Shown here: positions 1-11,195 of the stretch, piece after piece | Layout: each line of letters starts with the position of its first letter | Numbering within the stretch: position 1 is the first letter of the stretch | Source: Octopus vulgaris | Taxonomy: Eukaryota | Direction of reading: 5' to 3' | Assembly: GCA_951406725.2 (NCBI GenBank) | Contig: OX597818.1 | Coordinates: 110,422,001-110,486,000, forward strand | Length of the DNA stretch: 64,000 nt | Program-made: the position numbers and the translations under genes | The notes under the pieces: model-generated | What the model was told of the DNA's origin: nothing | Seen by the model: the letters and a program-made list of their open reading frames with translations, nothing else | Databases searched by the model: none

Positions 1-229
1 TATTCTCAAAGATAGCGAAATCTTCTAACATAAGAATTCCTTTCAAGAAGTATTTTTTGTAGTTTTAAAATAAGTTCTAAACTTGTGCTTGGACAGTTCT
101 TGTTGCGACATTGTGCTTCTTTTTGAACGTTACCTAAAATATATCTCTGTAAAAATCATCGATCTTTATTCTGTAAGGTTTTAGGACAGACAATTCTGTG
201 ACAAGTTTGTCCTGATACATTAAAACCAC

Positions 230-1235
230 TTTCCCTAATTTTTTGGCCCCAATTGTAGGCTCGACTGTTTTAAGAAAGTGTTTTGTTTCTGAAATGCTAC
301 CCAAAAGAAGACCAATTATAAAAATCTGGTAGCTGAGTTTACGTGAATGCGCCATACCTTTAGAACAGCAGACGATGAATGATTCCTCATTTTCTCGCTC
401 CATACTTGTAACATGTTATGCACACAGAGCCCAAGAATGCAATTTAATCCGATGTATAATCAGGATTAGGATTATAAATCAGCCCCACCCTCTGTTTTTA
501 TTGAGGATTGTTTGGGGAAAACATTCTCATTTTTCATTTTCGGTCTTTTTCGCTTTCTTGTGCTACATTATACGTTTCTCCTTTTTTTAAAACAAAAATC
601 TTTTACCATCGTCTTTTTTACTTCTTTGTGCTTTTTTATATATATTTTACAATTTTTTTCATTTTATCGTCTTCTTCCTTTGTCCACTTCACATATTTTC
701 TCACGATTGCAATTTTGGTTTTTATATTCCCTTCGCTTTCTTATTATTATGCATATATAATTTTTTGGAATTCTCATTCTTTTCGAATCTTTTCGATTTT
801 TTTTTTTGCTGTCTTGTGGTGTTTCATTCGCATCAACATTTCTCTTCTGCTCGTGATTGTTTCTAGAAAAGAGAGCATCATCTGGCTTGTTGTTTGTTTG
901 ACCTCACTAGAGAAACAAATACTTTCCTTTCTGTAAGCGCTCGACTGCAAATGGTGAACTGAGGAAGAATAATTTTATCATCCATTTTTTGCGATGATTC
1001 TCGTCTGCTACATTGTACAAATCATTGATGGCAGCCAATTCAATATTACCACTGAACGTTCGATCCCTATTAATGTATATTTGATATTCCTGTAGTGAAC
1101 TGTAAAGAATGAATGGAAGAAAATACCTCCAAATATTGCGTATGTTCTCTATTGCTTCTCGAAGCGTTCGGTAACGTGTGAAAACATTGAGAAATAGTGA
1201 CACAGTTCTCAATATGCAGTTACAAGTATCTTAAA
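230..1235 (-). mobile_element. Degenerate Helitron 5' coding region: OTU-like protease relic followed by the N-terminal Zn-finger of Rep
   Basis: Minus strand 1232-1010 reads DTCNCILRTVSLFL...YINRDRTFSGNIELAAINDLYNV (OTU GDGNCLFRA...GG.IEL.A...Y pattern). 470-250 reads LGSVCITCYKYGARK / EESFIVCCSKGM...LLLGSISETKHFLKTV (Helitron C..C...CC..G...LL.G...KHFL pattern). K/R-rich linker between; stops and frameshifts present. Confidence 0.65.
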
Positions 1236-2199
1236 GTATTTAATATTGATAAGTTAATTAGATTTCTCAAAAATTTTCAATGAATTTCGTAAAGTACTTT
1301 TGTCTTCAGTTTCAATTTTAGATGGCTTCTTCACAAAGAAGACGTTGATTGATAATGTCAATACCAAAGACTAACAAGAAACTAAACTATACCAATCTCC
1401 TCTTTAAAAAGCTGTATTTCTAGCTTAGTGGTAGATGACTGGTTAAGTACAATTTTATTAGTAATATAAAAGAAATTAATAATTTTTTAAATCAATTTAA
1501 TACGGTACCACTTTAATTCAGACTTTAGACGTCTTCTTCTTGAAGAGTATATATCATTACGCTTTAGACAAATGTGCTACACTGTCACATGGTTAAATGA
1601 AAAGAGAGGCAAGCAGCGAGAAAAGAGAAAGGGATGCGTTAATGATGTGAGGTAGGCGGAAAGTAATAGTTATTAGATGTTTATAAAGTTAGTTGAAAGG
1701 AGAGAGAAAGAGAAAGAGAGTTAAAAGTACAATAAAAAGCAGAGTGGGGATGCTGTGGTGGTTAAAGAAAGACAGATAGGTAGAGAGAGAGGGGAACAGT
1801 TATATTTAGAGTAAGAGGCGAAGAGAGAGAGAAGAGGGTAGTGGCACTATTGGCAGCCGATGCATTACACTGCCACATAGTTAGTGGAGGTGAGAGGTGC
1901 AGAAAAAGAGAAGGGAGAGAAATGATAAAGACGCGAAGAGGAGAATGACATGGTTGAAAAGTTTGTTGTAGTTAGAGGCAGAGATAAAAAGAGAGAAATA
2001 TAAAGTATTTAGCGAAGGGAAGTTTTAAACACCATTTAGAATTTTAGTGATAAAAAATAACATTTTAATGTTAATTTTTTTATATATATCTATCTGTCGA
2101 TCTATTTATCTACCTATTCACATTGACAAATATATCAGAGATAGAATGATAGATTTTTCCATGAAAGTGAAATTACTTAATGAAATAGACGTAGATGTT

Positions 2200-3060
2200 G
2201 TTCTTCTTCTTATTATTATTATTATCATTATTATTATTATTATTTTCTTTCGATCACAGGTTTTGTCACAGCTCCTGGAATTTTGCATGCGTAGTGTGCT
2301 TGCTACCTGCAGCCGACGGTGGTATGCTATTCGTTCTTGTTAGCAATCTAATACTTTCCTGACTATTCTGTCCGTGCCAAGGAGCCAAAACATGTGTAAC
2401 AGTTCTTCTGGGCACTCTATCCCAATTTCCTTTATATTCCTCTTGATGCCTTCTGATACTGTTCTCAAGGACCCAACAATAATTGGCACTATCTTCACCT
2501 TCGTCATTTTCCATAGCCGGGCTATTTCGTACATAAGAAGGTTGCATCTATCTATCTTTTCGCCTTCCTTCTTGACAAATGGACATGCAACATCAACTAT
2601 ATAGTATATGTGGTGGACTTTGTCCACCACCACTAGGTCCGGTCTGTTATACTCTGGAACCTGATCTATTTGGACTGGGAAATTCCAGAGGATTTGCTAG
2701 TCTTCGACTCCGCCACTCTCTGCGGATTCTGCTCATACCTATTATCTCCCTCTAGTCCTCACATTTAGCAGTTTCCAGTGTAGCACTTTCGCTACCTGAT
2801 CATGTCGCCGCAACTTGTAGTGGTTTGGGGCAAGTCTAGGGCATTCGTTCGTGATATCGGCAATGGTTTCATCCACTCTATAACAGATGCAACACAGCAG
2901 AGACACTTGCTCATTCCTCAGGTTGACCCCCTCCCCACCAATGGCGGTCCTATAGAAGACGGTGCTATTGTTGCTTTTAGCTCCACCAAGACATCTCCTC
3001 CTGCTAGCCAATGACACAGTCTGTATCCGATTGGTATTTGCGAGAGAGGTCATCGCAAAT
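2200..3060 (-). mobile_element. 3' fragment of an R4/Dong-type (RLE) non-LTR retrotransposon
   Basis: Zn-knuckle/RHD segment CCICYRVDETIADITNECPRL...RRHDQVAKVLHWKL and PD-(D/E)xK segment RPDLVVVDK...IVDVACP...EKID...VPIIVGSL. Ends in (AAT)n on the minus strand at 2200-2245. Confidence 0.85.
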
Positions 3061-3234
3061 AGACCCGAGTTTCTAGGTGGTTACCCGTCTTCAGTGTGTG
3101 TTAATTACTCCCTACTGATGAAGAAGTCATTCCACTCGCAAAATACTATATCCTTTTTTCAACGACACACTGTCGTTGATCTCGTAAAAGAGAGAGATAA
3201 ATTATATTAAATCTCTAGACGAGAGATTAACTGT

Positions 3235-3825
3235 AACAGTTTAGATTAACCCAGTATTTACCATGAAGTGGGTTTTCTTACCATCGTTTTATCATGATCC
3301 GTTGCTCTTCCAATTTTAGTTTGGATTTCAGTTGTTTTACAGCTTTTCTTGTTTCTTCTTTTTCTTCATCGTTGCTAGGTAGTATGATTTCTTGTTTGTA
3401 TTTGTCAGATTCCTTAAAGACTGAAAATAGCTTTTGTTTTGTTCGTGTTTTGCGGCTATTTGTATTCGTTTTCATTGCTTCTGAAGAAGGTATTTCTGTA
3501 GTCCTATGGTGGTTATTTTGTATTAGTTTTCTGGCTGTATAAGACCTGGATTAATTCATTTAGAGTCCAGTTAAGAATATGGTAGCTGTAACTTATAACC
3601 AGGACAGCTAGAGTGTTGATACCTATTATCTTGTTTTTTGCATTCAGCTCTGTTTCTCTCTAACTCGTCTATAGTATTCTTTTCTTATCTCTCATTTGTG
3701 TGTTATATCATATCTTGTTCATTTATTCCTAAGTATATATATGTCTGGCTTTGGTCTAATTCTCGTATTTCATTTGCTTTATCAGGTGTGACGTTGCTAC
3801 TCTTAACTAGTCTTCTTCTTATTAT
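3235..3825 (-). mobile_element. Deleted copy of the same R4/Dong-type family as 29320-31015
   Basis: Reverse complement aligns by eye to 29420-30190 (ELDQSQTY.YLGI; KLFSVFKE.DKYKQEII; KSKLK.EEQR.MIKRW). Confidence 0.85.
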
Positions 3826-3997
3826 TATAATCTGTTTTTTGAACTTTGTATTGTCAGACTCGATAAATACATCGGCAGCTAGAAAACTAGATATAAACAA
3901 ACAGCCGAACTGCACTGGAATGAAATAAAAATAATCTTGGCTCGCAAACAACTTACAATGAGCTCTGTTACTGAAAACTATAATGATGAAGGGTTTG

Positions 3998-4100
3998 CGA
4001 CGGCGGCGGTGGTTTTGGTGTTGGTGGTTTTGGCGGTGGTGGTGGTGGTGGTGGTGGCGGTGGTGGTAGCGGCGACGGCAACGGTGGTGGTGGTGGTGTG
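3998..4100. repeat. Imperfect (GGT)n/(GGC)n microsatellite
   Basis: Directly visible. Confidence 0.9.
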
Positions 4101-4199
4101 TAGATACGGAAAAGTGTAGTTTTATAAAACTAGTCGTTTTTTATCACCTCTCACTCGACGCATGCGCATAAGTATAGTTATTTATCGTCTGCTCACTTG

Positions 4200-4720
4200 A
4201 AAATTGATATTTGTTTATAAAATTTGGATGACTGACGACGTAAGCTAACAAGAGCAAAAATTAGACGACATTGGCAGCGAGGTATCGAGACATCGAAGAA
4301 CAAGCGTGGGACAGCAGCGTAGAAGGGAAAATATTAATCAAAGAGAGTAGAGTATTTACAATAGATACGATAACGTGTTCAAGATAGAATATAAAATGAG
4401 AGATAAGTGTAAACATATGGTCGAAAGTTACAGCGCTGGAGACATGAATATTCTCTGTAATTACTGTGAAGTTCTTAGATTTATAAATAAACCTCTGAAC
4501 TGCTGAGAGAATGAAAAGTCATGCTCCTTCAATTACAGCCTTATTCAGAAGAACTGAAAAGGTTTTTTTTTTTGTAATGAAAATAAAGCAGAATATACAA
4601 TTTCAAAAGAAACACGAATTTTTATGGTTCGAAATACGCTTTCATCTAACAGAACTTCATATTTACGGTGGAACCTCCACAGGTATTTGCTGGTAGAGAT
4701 TAATAGCATGACCAAGAGAA
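4200..4720 (+). mobile_element. Helitron Rep N-terminal Zn-finger relic
   Basis: 4420-4600 translates YSAGDMNILCNYCEVLRFINKPLNC*..KVMLLQLQPYSEELKR, matching the Helitron G.M...C..C...CC..GKV.L..L.P pattern. Confidence 0.65.
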
Positions 4721-5419
4721 CGTGATATGATTCTAAGTAGCGCTTCTTTTTTTAACCGTTATCCTCAGCTTACAAATGGGAAGAGTATTGCTTTAATTGT
4801 TTCAAGATAATTTCAAGATAATGTCTGTATATGTGTGAATGAAAAGGAAAGCTAAGAGATGGGAACGAAAGATTGATACGAAAGACAAAGAGAGAAGGCG
4901 GAAAAGATACAGTAAGAGTGAATGAGTAACGAAAGCGAAAGAGAGAGAGAGAGAGAAAGTACAGAGAAGAAACAGAGAGAGAAAAGAAAAAGCAAACAGT
5001 GTTTGTGTGTGTTTGTGTGTAAACTTCTTGCACAGATTTCTATATGTTATATATATTTGTGTGTGTGACTGTAATTTTATAAATGCATTTGTTTACAAGC
5101 TGTTGTTTATATGTTTATATGTTTATAAGCTTTACATCAAGCAGGATCGAATCTATAATCAAAAGCAGGAGTCGGCAGACATTATAAAATCACTTCCGGC
5201 TTCATGGAATCGTTAATGGCGTATCGAAGAATTCATGGAAATTTAGGAAATAAAATCTAAAAGTATAATTAATGAAAAATTTCTTGATTTATAAACAAAA
5301 TGACCTTCGTACTTTTGTGTTGTTAACATTTTTTAATAAGAAATACTTAAAGAAATTTAATGAAAATACTCTACGAAGTTGATAAAAAGTCAAAATTTTT
5401 TTTTATTTTAATTCCATGA

Positions 5420-5560
5420 CGGGTGCTGCTTTGAAGGATTTCAGTAAACCAAATCGATGCCAGAAATTAGGCCTGGAACTTCTTTTGTTGGTCTCTCTGC
5501 CGAACCGCTAAGTTTCAGGGACATAAACAAACCAAGCAATGGGGGAAAACCACAAAGACA
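5420..5560 (-). mobile_element. Degenerate 3' part of SINE family A
   Basis: GCCGAACCGCTAAGTT...GGGAC.TAAACA is the reverse complement of 35960-36000. Confidence 0.6.
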
Positions 5561-5647
5561 CGCACACATACATAGACGCTCACACACACACATATACATA
5601 AGCACACGAGTTTCCACGCAATTTCTGTAGGGGTGTGTGTATGTCTT

Positions 5648-5693
<46 letters not shown>

Positions 5694-5782
5694 ACCGCAT
5701 TTGATTTATATGGATAATACTATACCAAATTCTGGTACCATATTCATCTGAATCTATACTTTGCTGAACTTATATATATATA

Positions 5783-5945
5783 TCTGAGAATTTACAAAAA
5801 AAGAAAAGGCGAAGACGGGTGTGTAAACAACAAACAGATGTATTAGTTTAACGCTCGAGAAATGAGAACGTCATTTACGTTTCGAGCCTACGCTCTTCGA
5901 CAGAGAAGAACACAGAAATAAACAGGGAAAGAAAATAGAAAGAGA
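5783..5945 (-). mobile_element. Short Penelope-like terminal fragment with hammerhead-like fold (same family at 46987-47175 and 63900-64000)
   Basis: Shared block ACGTTTCGAGCCTACGCTCTTCGACAG in three copies, each near (TA)n. Confidence 0.65.
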
Positions 5946-6012
5946 AAATATATGTATCTATATATAGATGGACAGATACATAAATGCAAGTAATATATCT
6001 ATATCCATATAC

Positions 6013-6071
<59 letters not shown>

Positions 6072-6102
6072 GGTATGTATATATACATACATACACACAG
6101 AT

Positions 6103-6201
<99 letters not shown>

Positions 6202-7020
6202 ATATATATATATATATATATGGCATATGAAAGACGGAAGATAGAATATACGAAAATTATACATACATGTATACATATATATATATGTATGTGTGTATAT
6301 TTATATATATGGCAAATGAAAGACGGAAGATAGAATATACGAAAATTATACATACATATATATATATATACGAACACACCCACATACGTGTCTATTCTTT
6401 AATTATCGTCTGTCACGAGTTTGGTTTAGTCATGGAGAGGTTGCGTATGTGTAAGGCGTGTCTGCGTAAGAGACAATGAGAGAGAGAGAGAGACTGGGAG
6501 AGGGCGCAGTGCTAAAGATAAGATACAGAGACGATATTATAACTGTGTAGGCGAATTTGTTCGCGCGCGCGCGATTGTGCTAAGGACAGATGAACGCATC
6601 GATCAGAACATGTAGAATTTGCCAAGTTCCTACCACACCACTTAAGTTCCTACCGCCTCACTCCTACGCTCCTCGTTATTCCCCTACTTCTCAAACGTTC
6701 ACCATTTCAAATCTGCATATATACATGACTCCATTTGTGTGTGTGCGTGTGCGTGCGTATGTGTGCGTGCGTGTGTGGACGTGCATGTATGCATGTATAT
6801 GTGCATGTACGTACGCATTACGTAAATTTCTCTTTTAATTACCCATTATGCCCCGCCCTCTTTCTCCATCTCCCCTTACTCTCTTTTCTTTCCGAAGAAG
6901 GACCAAAATCAGAAGCGTCAAGACGCCCACATTCGTGTCACACGTTAAACGAATACCACAAGCAGTTTCATCTTAGATTTATGCGTTGTTATTTAAACTG
7001 TCTGACTTTACAATACATAT

Positions 7021-7228
7021 GTGGCAGAATCGTTAGACACGCCGGTCGATACGCTTAGCGGTATATCGTCTCGCTTTACCTTCTGAGTTCAAATTCCGCC
7101 GAGGTCGACTTTGCCTTTCATCTTTTCGGGGTCAATAAATTAAGTACCAGTTGCGTACTGGAATCTGTCTAATCGACTGCCCTCCATCCCCCCAAAATTT
7201 CGGGCCTTGTGTTAGAAGTAGAAAAGGA
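7021..7228 (+). mobile_element. SINE family B (GGCAGAA.CGTTAG head; GAGTTCAAATTCC B-box)
   Basis: Matches copies at 19935-20352, 24064-24298, 40793-40960 and 52166-52393. Confidence 0.85.
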
Positions 7229-7368
7229 TACATATGTGTGCTTGTGCGCAGGCTTGTGTGCATGGATCAATTATATTACACACCTAGTTCTCGTACACAC
7301 CTACACGTATACACTCCGTCATGCGCACGCGCACACACACACACACGCAAATATATATACATATATAT

Positions 7369-7407
<39 letters not shown>

Positions 7408-7595
7408 CGTGTGCGCGCGCGCGTAGTAGTAATTATTTAGATTTTGGGTATACAGCTTGTGTTATATCGATTAAAGCAATTTCTCGGGTTAGGCAATTTC
7501 TGATTTCATGTACAGTGTTGATATGTGTCACCAGATATGTCTAAGGAATTCTGCAGTATTCAGTGAATTTATAGGGAATTAGGAAAACGGAAAAT

Positions 7596-7876
7596 GGGCA
7601 TATGGCGTAGTGGTTAAGAGCGCAGGCTACTAACCCCAAGATTCCGTGTTCGATTCCAGGTAGTGAGCTGACTTTGTATATTTTACCCCAGTGTCACTTT
7701 GATGGCTTACACTGCTCTCTCACTCAATAATAATAATAACAATAATGATGATGATGATGATGATGATGACGATGATAATAATAATAATAACATCGGAAAA
7801 AATTCCTTAGGAATGAGAACCCAGGCTCGAAATTTCCCCAAGACACCTAATGAAGGCTGCAGGGTATATCAGCCGA
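7596..7876 (+). mobile_element. tRNA-headed SINE-like element with internal (AAT/GAT)n and a truncated hammerhead-like tail
   Basis: A-box TGGCGTAGTGG and B-box GTTCGATTCC. Tail CTAATGA-A-GGCTG...CAGCC-GA is cut off by the neighbouring mariner relic. Confidence 0.6.
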
Positions 7877-8590
7877 CTCTCCATGTTCTACAATGCTCTT
7901 CCGTCTATTTGTCTGTGACGAAAAATACTGCCCCAGTAATGTTCTGACCTCATCTACAGAATTCATATTTTTTCCGTCCAAATGATTTTGAAGACTGCAG
8001 AATAAATCATAATCAGATGGGGCAATGTCCAGAGAATATGGTGGGTAGAACATTGTTTCCCATTCAAACTGCTCCAGCTTTTGGAATGCCATCCTTGGTG
8101 AATGTTGCCGAGCATTATTCTGATGGAAGAACACCTTTCGTCTTGAAACCAAAGAAGGTCGTTTCCAAGCTTCTCTGCTAGTTCCTCAACAGTTACGATG
8201 GGATTTTGTGCCACCAGGGTTACAGGACGTCCTCGTTGAGCTCTACAGATCTTCCAGGACTAGGCTCGTCTTCTGGGCAGTAATTTCCGGCTTACGCTTA
8301 TTGTCCGATCCCCATACACTGCATTAATATTCGTGGCACATCCTGTTGCATTGTTGCCTTTATTGAACTCAAAGCAAAATATGCCGAATATGCTCCTTTG
8401 TCACTCTTATTATAGGTTTGAAAAATTAACTTAAAATTGAACTGCACTCTTCAAAACTTGCACTAAGAATAAGCACAAGGTAAAATTATTACTTGATTTC
8501 ATAGCAAGTTAATGCAGCTAGTTCATCCCGTTCCCCTCCGACTTTTAGTTCATGCAATTGAAAAAAATGCATTATTTATAGGATGACACA

Positions 8591-8592
<2 letters not shown>
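7877..8592 (-). mobile_element. Internally deleted mariner transposon relic
   Basis: FFHQNNARQH and YPPYSLDIAPSDYDLF (mariner YSPDLAPSD motif); HTH fragment QNPIVTVEELAEKLG. Confidence 0.85.
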
Positions 8593-8621
<29 letters not shown>

Positions 8622-8629
8622 TATATACA

Positions 8630-9631
8630 TACTTTGATACTTTGATAGGTTTCGGCCATTATTGGCCCAGGCCATGTCTAACTTAATAGCACCACCTGGT
8701 GAAGTCTTTCAAGTCAGAATTTGGACACTATGGCCCACTCAAGTAGAGAGTTATTGTTTACAGAGGCATATCCGGGTGTAGGAGGTTTATCCGGGATTTC
8801 TTGAAGGAATCTGTCCAAAGACTTCTTGAACCCTATAGGGTCTGTTTCTGTTTTAATGTGTTTTGGTGTAATGTTAAAGAGAGCGGGGCCAATTGAGGTG
8901 AAATAATTGTGCCGTATTGTTGTTATGAGATGAGAGTGCGATTTTTGTTGTGGGCGGATGGTACGGGGCCCAAGCCTTGGATGTAACTTAAAGGTGATGC
9001 CAACATCATTTGGGCAATGCTGATGGAATATTTTCCACATCATGCAGATGATGTAGCGCTCACAGCGACGTTGGAGAGAATAAAGTTTTAGCTTTTCTAG
9101 TCGACCCCAATAGTCGAGGCCTGTCATGCCATCTATCTATTTTGTGATTGACCTTTGAGGTACTTCAACTTTTATGATACTTTGTTTTGTGTGGGGAGAC
9201 CACAGTGGACAACAGTATTCAAGGTGGAGTCGAGCAAAAGTGGAAAAGAGAAGAATAATGGTGTGGATATCTCTCGACTGGAAAGTTCTGAGAATCCAGG
9301 AACACATTCTGAGGGTCATGTCACCTTTGGTGTTTATATGAGTGGCCCAGCTTATGTTGTTGTCCACTATTACTCCCAAGTCTCTGATGTTGTTGGATGC
9401 CACAAGAGTTTCACCTGAAGGAAGGGAGTATGGGAGTTTCAGGGCATCCTCTTTTCCAAAGTGGATTAACTCGAATTTATCCTCGTTCAGCAGCATATTG
9501 TTCTTTTCTGCCCATTGGATAACAGCCAGTAGATCTGACTGAAGGCATGTCCGGTCACTCACCTCATTTATGACCTTCTGGAGCTTGGAATCATCTGCAA
9601 AGATTTTTATTTTGCTGTGCTTGATGATGTC

Positions 9632-9632
<1 letters not shown>
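8630..9632 (-). mobile_element. 5'-truncated CR1-type LINE (RT C-terminus, 3' UTR, (ATCAAAGT)n tail)
   Basis: KIFADDSKL, RDLGVIVD, LEYCCPLWSP, YWGRLEKLKLYSLQRRCER; homologous to the 11487 ORF C-terminus but clearly diverged. Confidence 0.9.
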
Positions 9633-9705
<73 letters not shown>

Positions 9706-9708
<3 letters not shown>

Positions 9709-9980
9709 CCGAGGTAATATGCTTATAACCTGCATTTTAACAATGGGGTACTGTTGGAGGTCCAGCAGTGGTCTCAAAACACACACCTGATGACGTGCGA
9801 ATACACATCCGTTAGTCGATCATATTTATAAGATATCTATGTAATAGTTATATGATATTTCTAAATACTTATATACTACTTGTGATATGTGAAACACTCA
9901 CCAACTAACAGCTGAAGGCAATGCACAGAAACTGTTGTTATGATTCGGTTTAAAGCTGTTCATTCCATCTTCATGAATCA
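9706..9980 (+). repeat. Short interspersed element in (TA)n, related to 22710-22800 and (inverted) 23215-23300; degenerate hammerhead-like core
   Basis: Shared AGGTAATA...ATAACCTGCAT start and TGTTCATTCCATCTTC end; CTGATGA-CGTGC...GCAC-A-GAAA. Confidence 0.45.
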
Positions 9981-10005
9981 TATATAGAGATATATACATA
10001 CACAC

Positions 10006-10059
<54 letters not shown>

Positions 10060-10335
10060 TTAGATACATAGAGAGAGACACACACAAATATTAATATATA
10101 TATATATATATATATGTGTGCACAAAATATATGCATTCACACATGTACGCTTGTGCGTACATACACACCACGCACATGCTCACGTATATATACATACATA
10201 TATGCATGCTTGCAAGTATGCACACACACACGATTGGATACATGCATGCATACACGAATGCATAGAGACAGACATCAAACATATGCATACACACTTACAC
10301 ATATATACATATACACATACTTAAGTATATATGCA

Positions 10336-10422
<87 letters not shown>

Positions 10423-10552
10423 ACATACATATATGCATATAAATATACATACGTGCAAGCATAGATACATGCGTACATTCAAACACATACGTGCATGCAT
10501 ATACATGTATATACACACATACATACGTAAAACATACAAATCTGCATGCATA

Positions 10553-10601
<49 letters not shown>

Positions 10602-11195
10602 GACAGTGTAAAGCTCTCTGTAAACACAATTTCCTGCAAGCCGTGAAAGAACCGTCCGCTTTCGCGACCCAGCGATGCTGCCAGGTGATGCCAGGAATTC
10701 TGAGGTGAAATAAAACGAAGCAGAAATACTGTGCGCTTCGATGCGAAAATAACAACTGCTTGGATGATGTACTTTGATGTAGTAAAGGGGAAAGTGTTTG
10801 TGAATGGGATAGATATGAAGAGAGTGAGGTTATGGGAGAGAAAAAAAAACAAGGATGGGGATAGAACAACGGACGGAATGTTGATCAAATGCCAACATAA
10901 ACACACATCTGCCACCGCCACCGTCAACATTCGTCCATTGCTATTGTTTGCTACCAAACTACGAATACAACCGCCAACGCCAAAGCATTGGGCGTCGTTG
11001 CGGTCGGGAGGTGAGAGTGAGTGTCGTAGCTGTGGTCATCATCATCATCATTATCATAGTCATCATCATCACCGTCATTATCGTCGTGTCATTGCAAAAC
11101 CATTGCCGCTAGTACTGTGTGTGCGTGTGTATGTATATACAAATATATATATGTGTATGTGTCTACATATATACACACACACATATATATATATG

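Noticed and set aside
508-936. Hydrophobic 142-aa ORF resembling a membrane protein
   Set aside because: It is the antisense shadow of the A-rich, K/R-coding Helitron strand.
6220-6360. ~50-bp direct duplication ATGGCA.ATGAAAGACGGAAGATAGAATATACG
   Set aside because: Local slippage duplication among microsatellites with no further structure.
5441-6479. Many ORFs rich in YIYI, HTHT, VCVC, poly-N/I/L/M here and throughout the window
   Set aside because: They are translations of (TA)n, (CA)n, (AAT)n and (GAT)n microsatellites, not genes.
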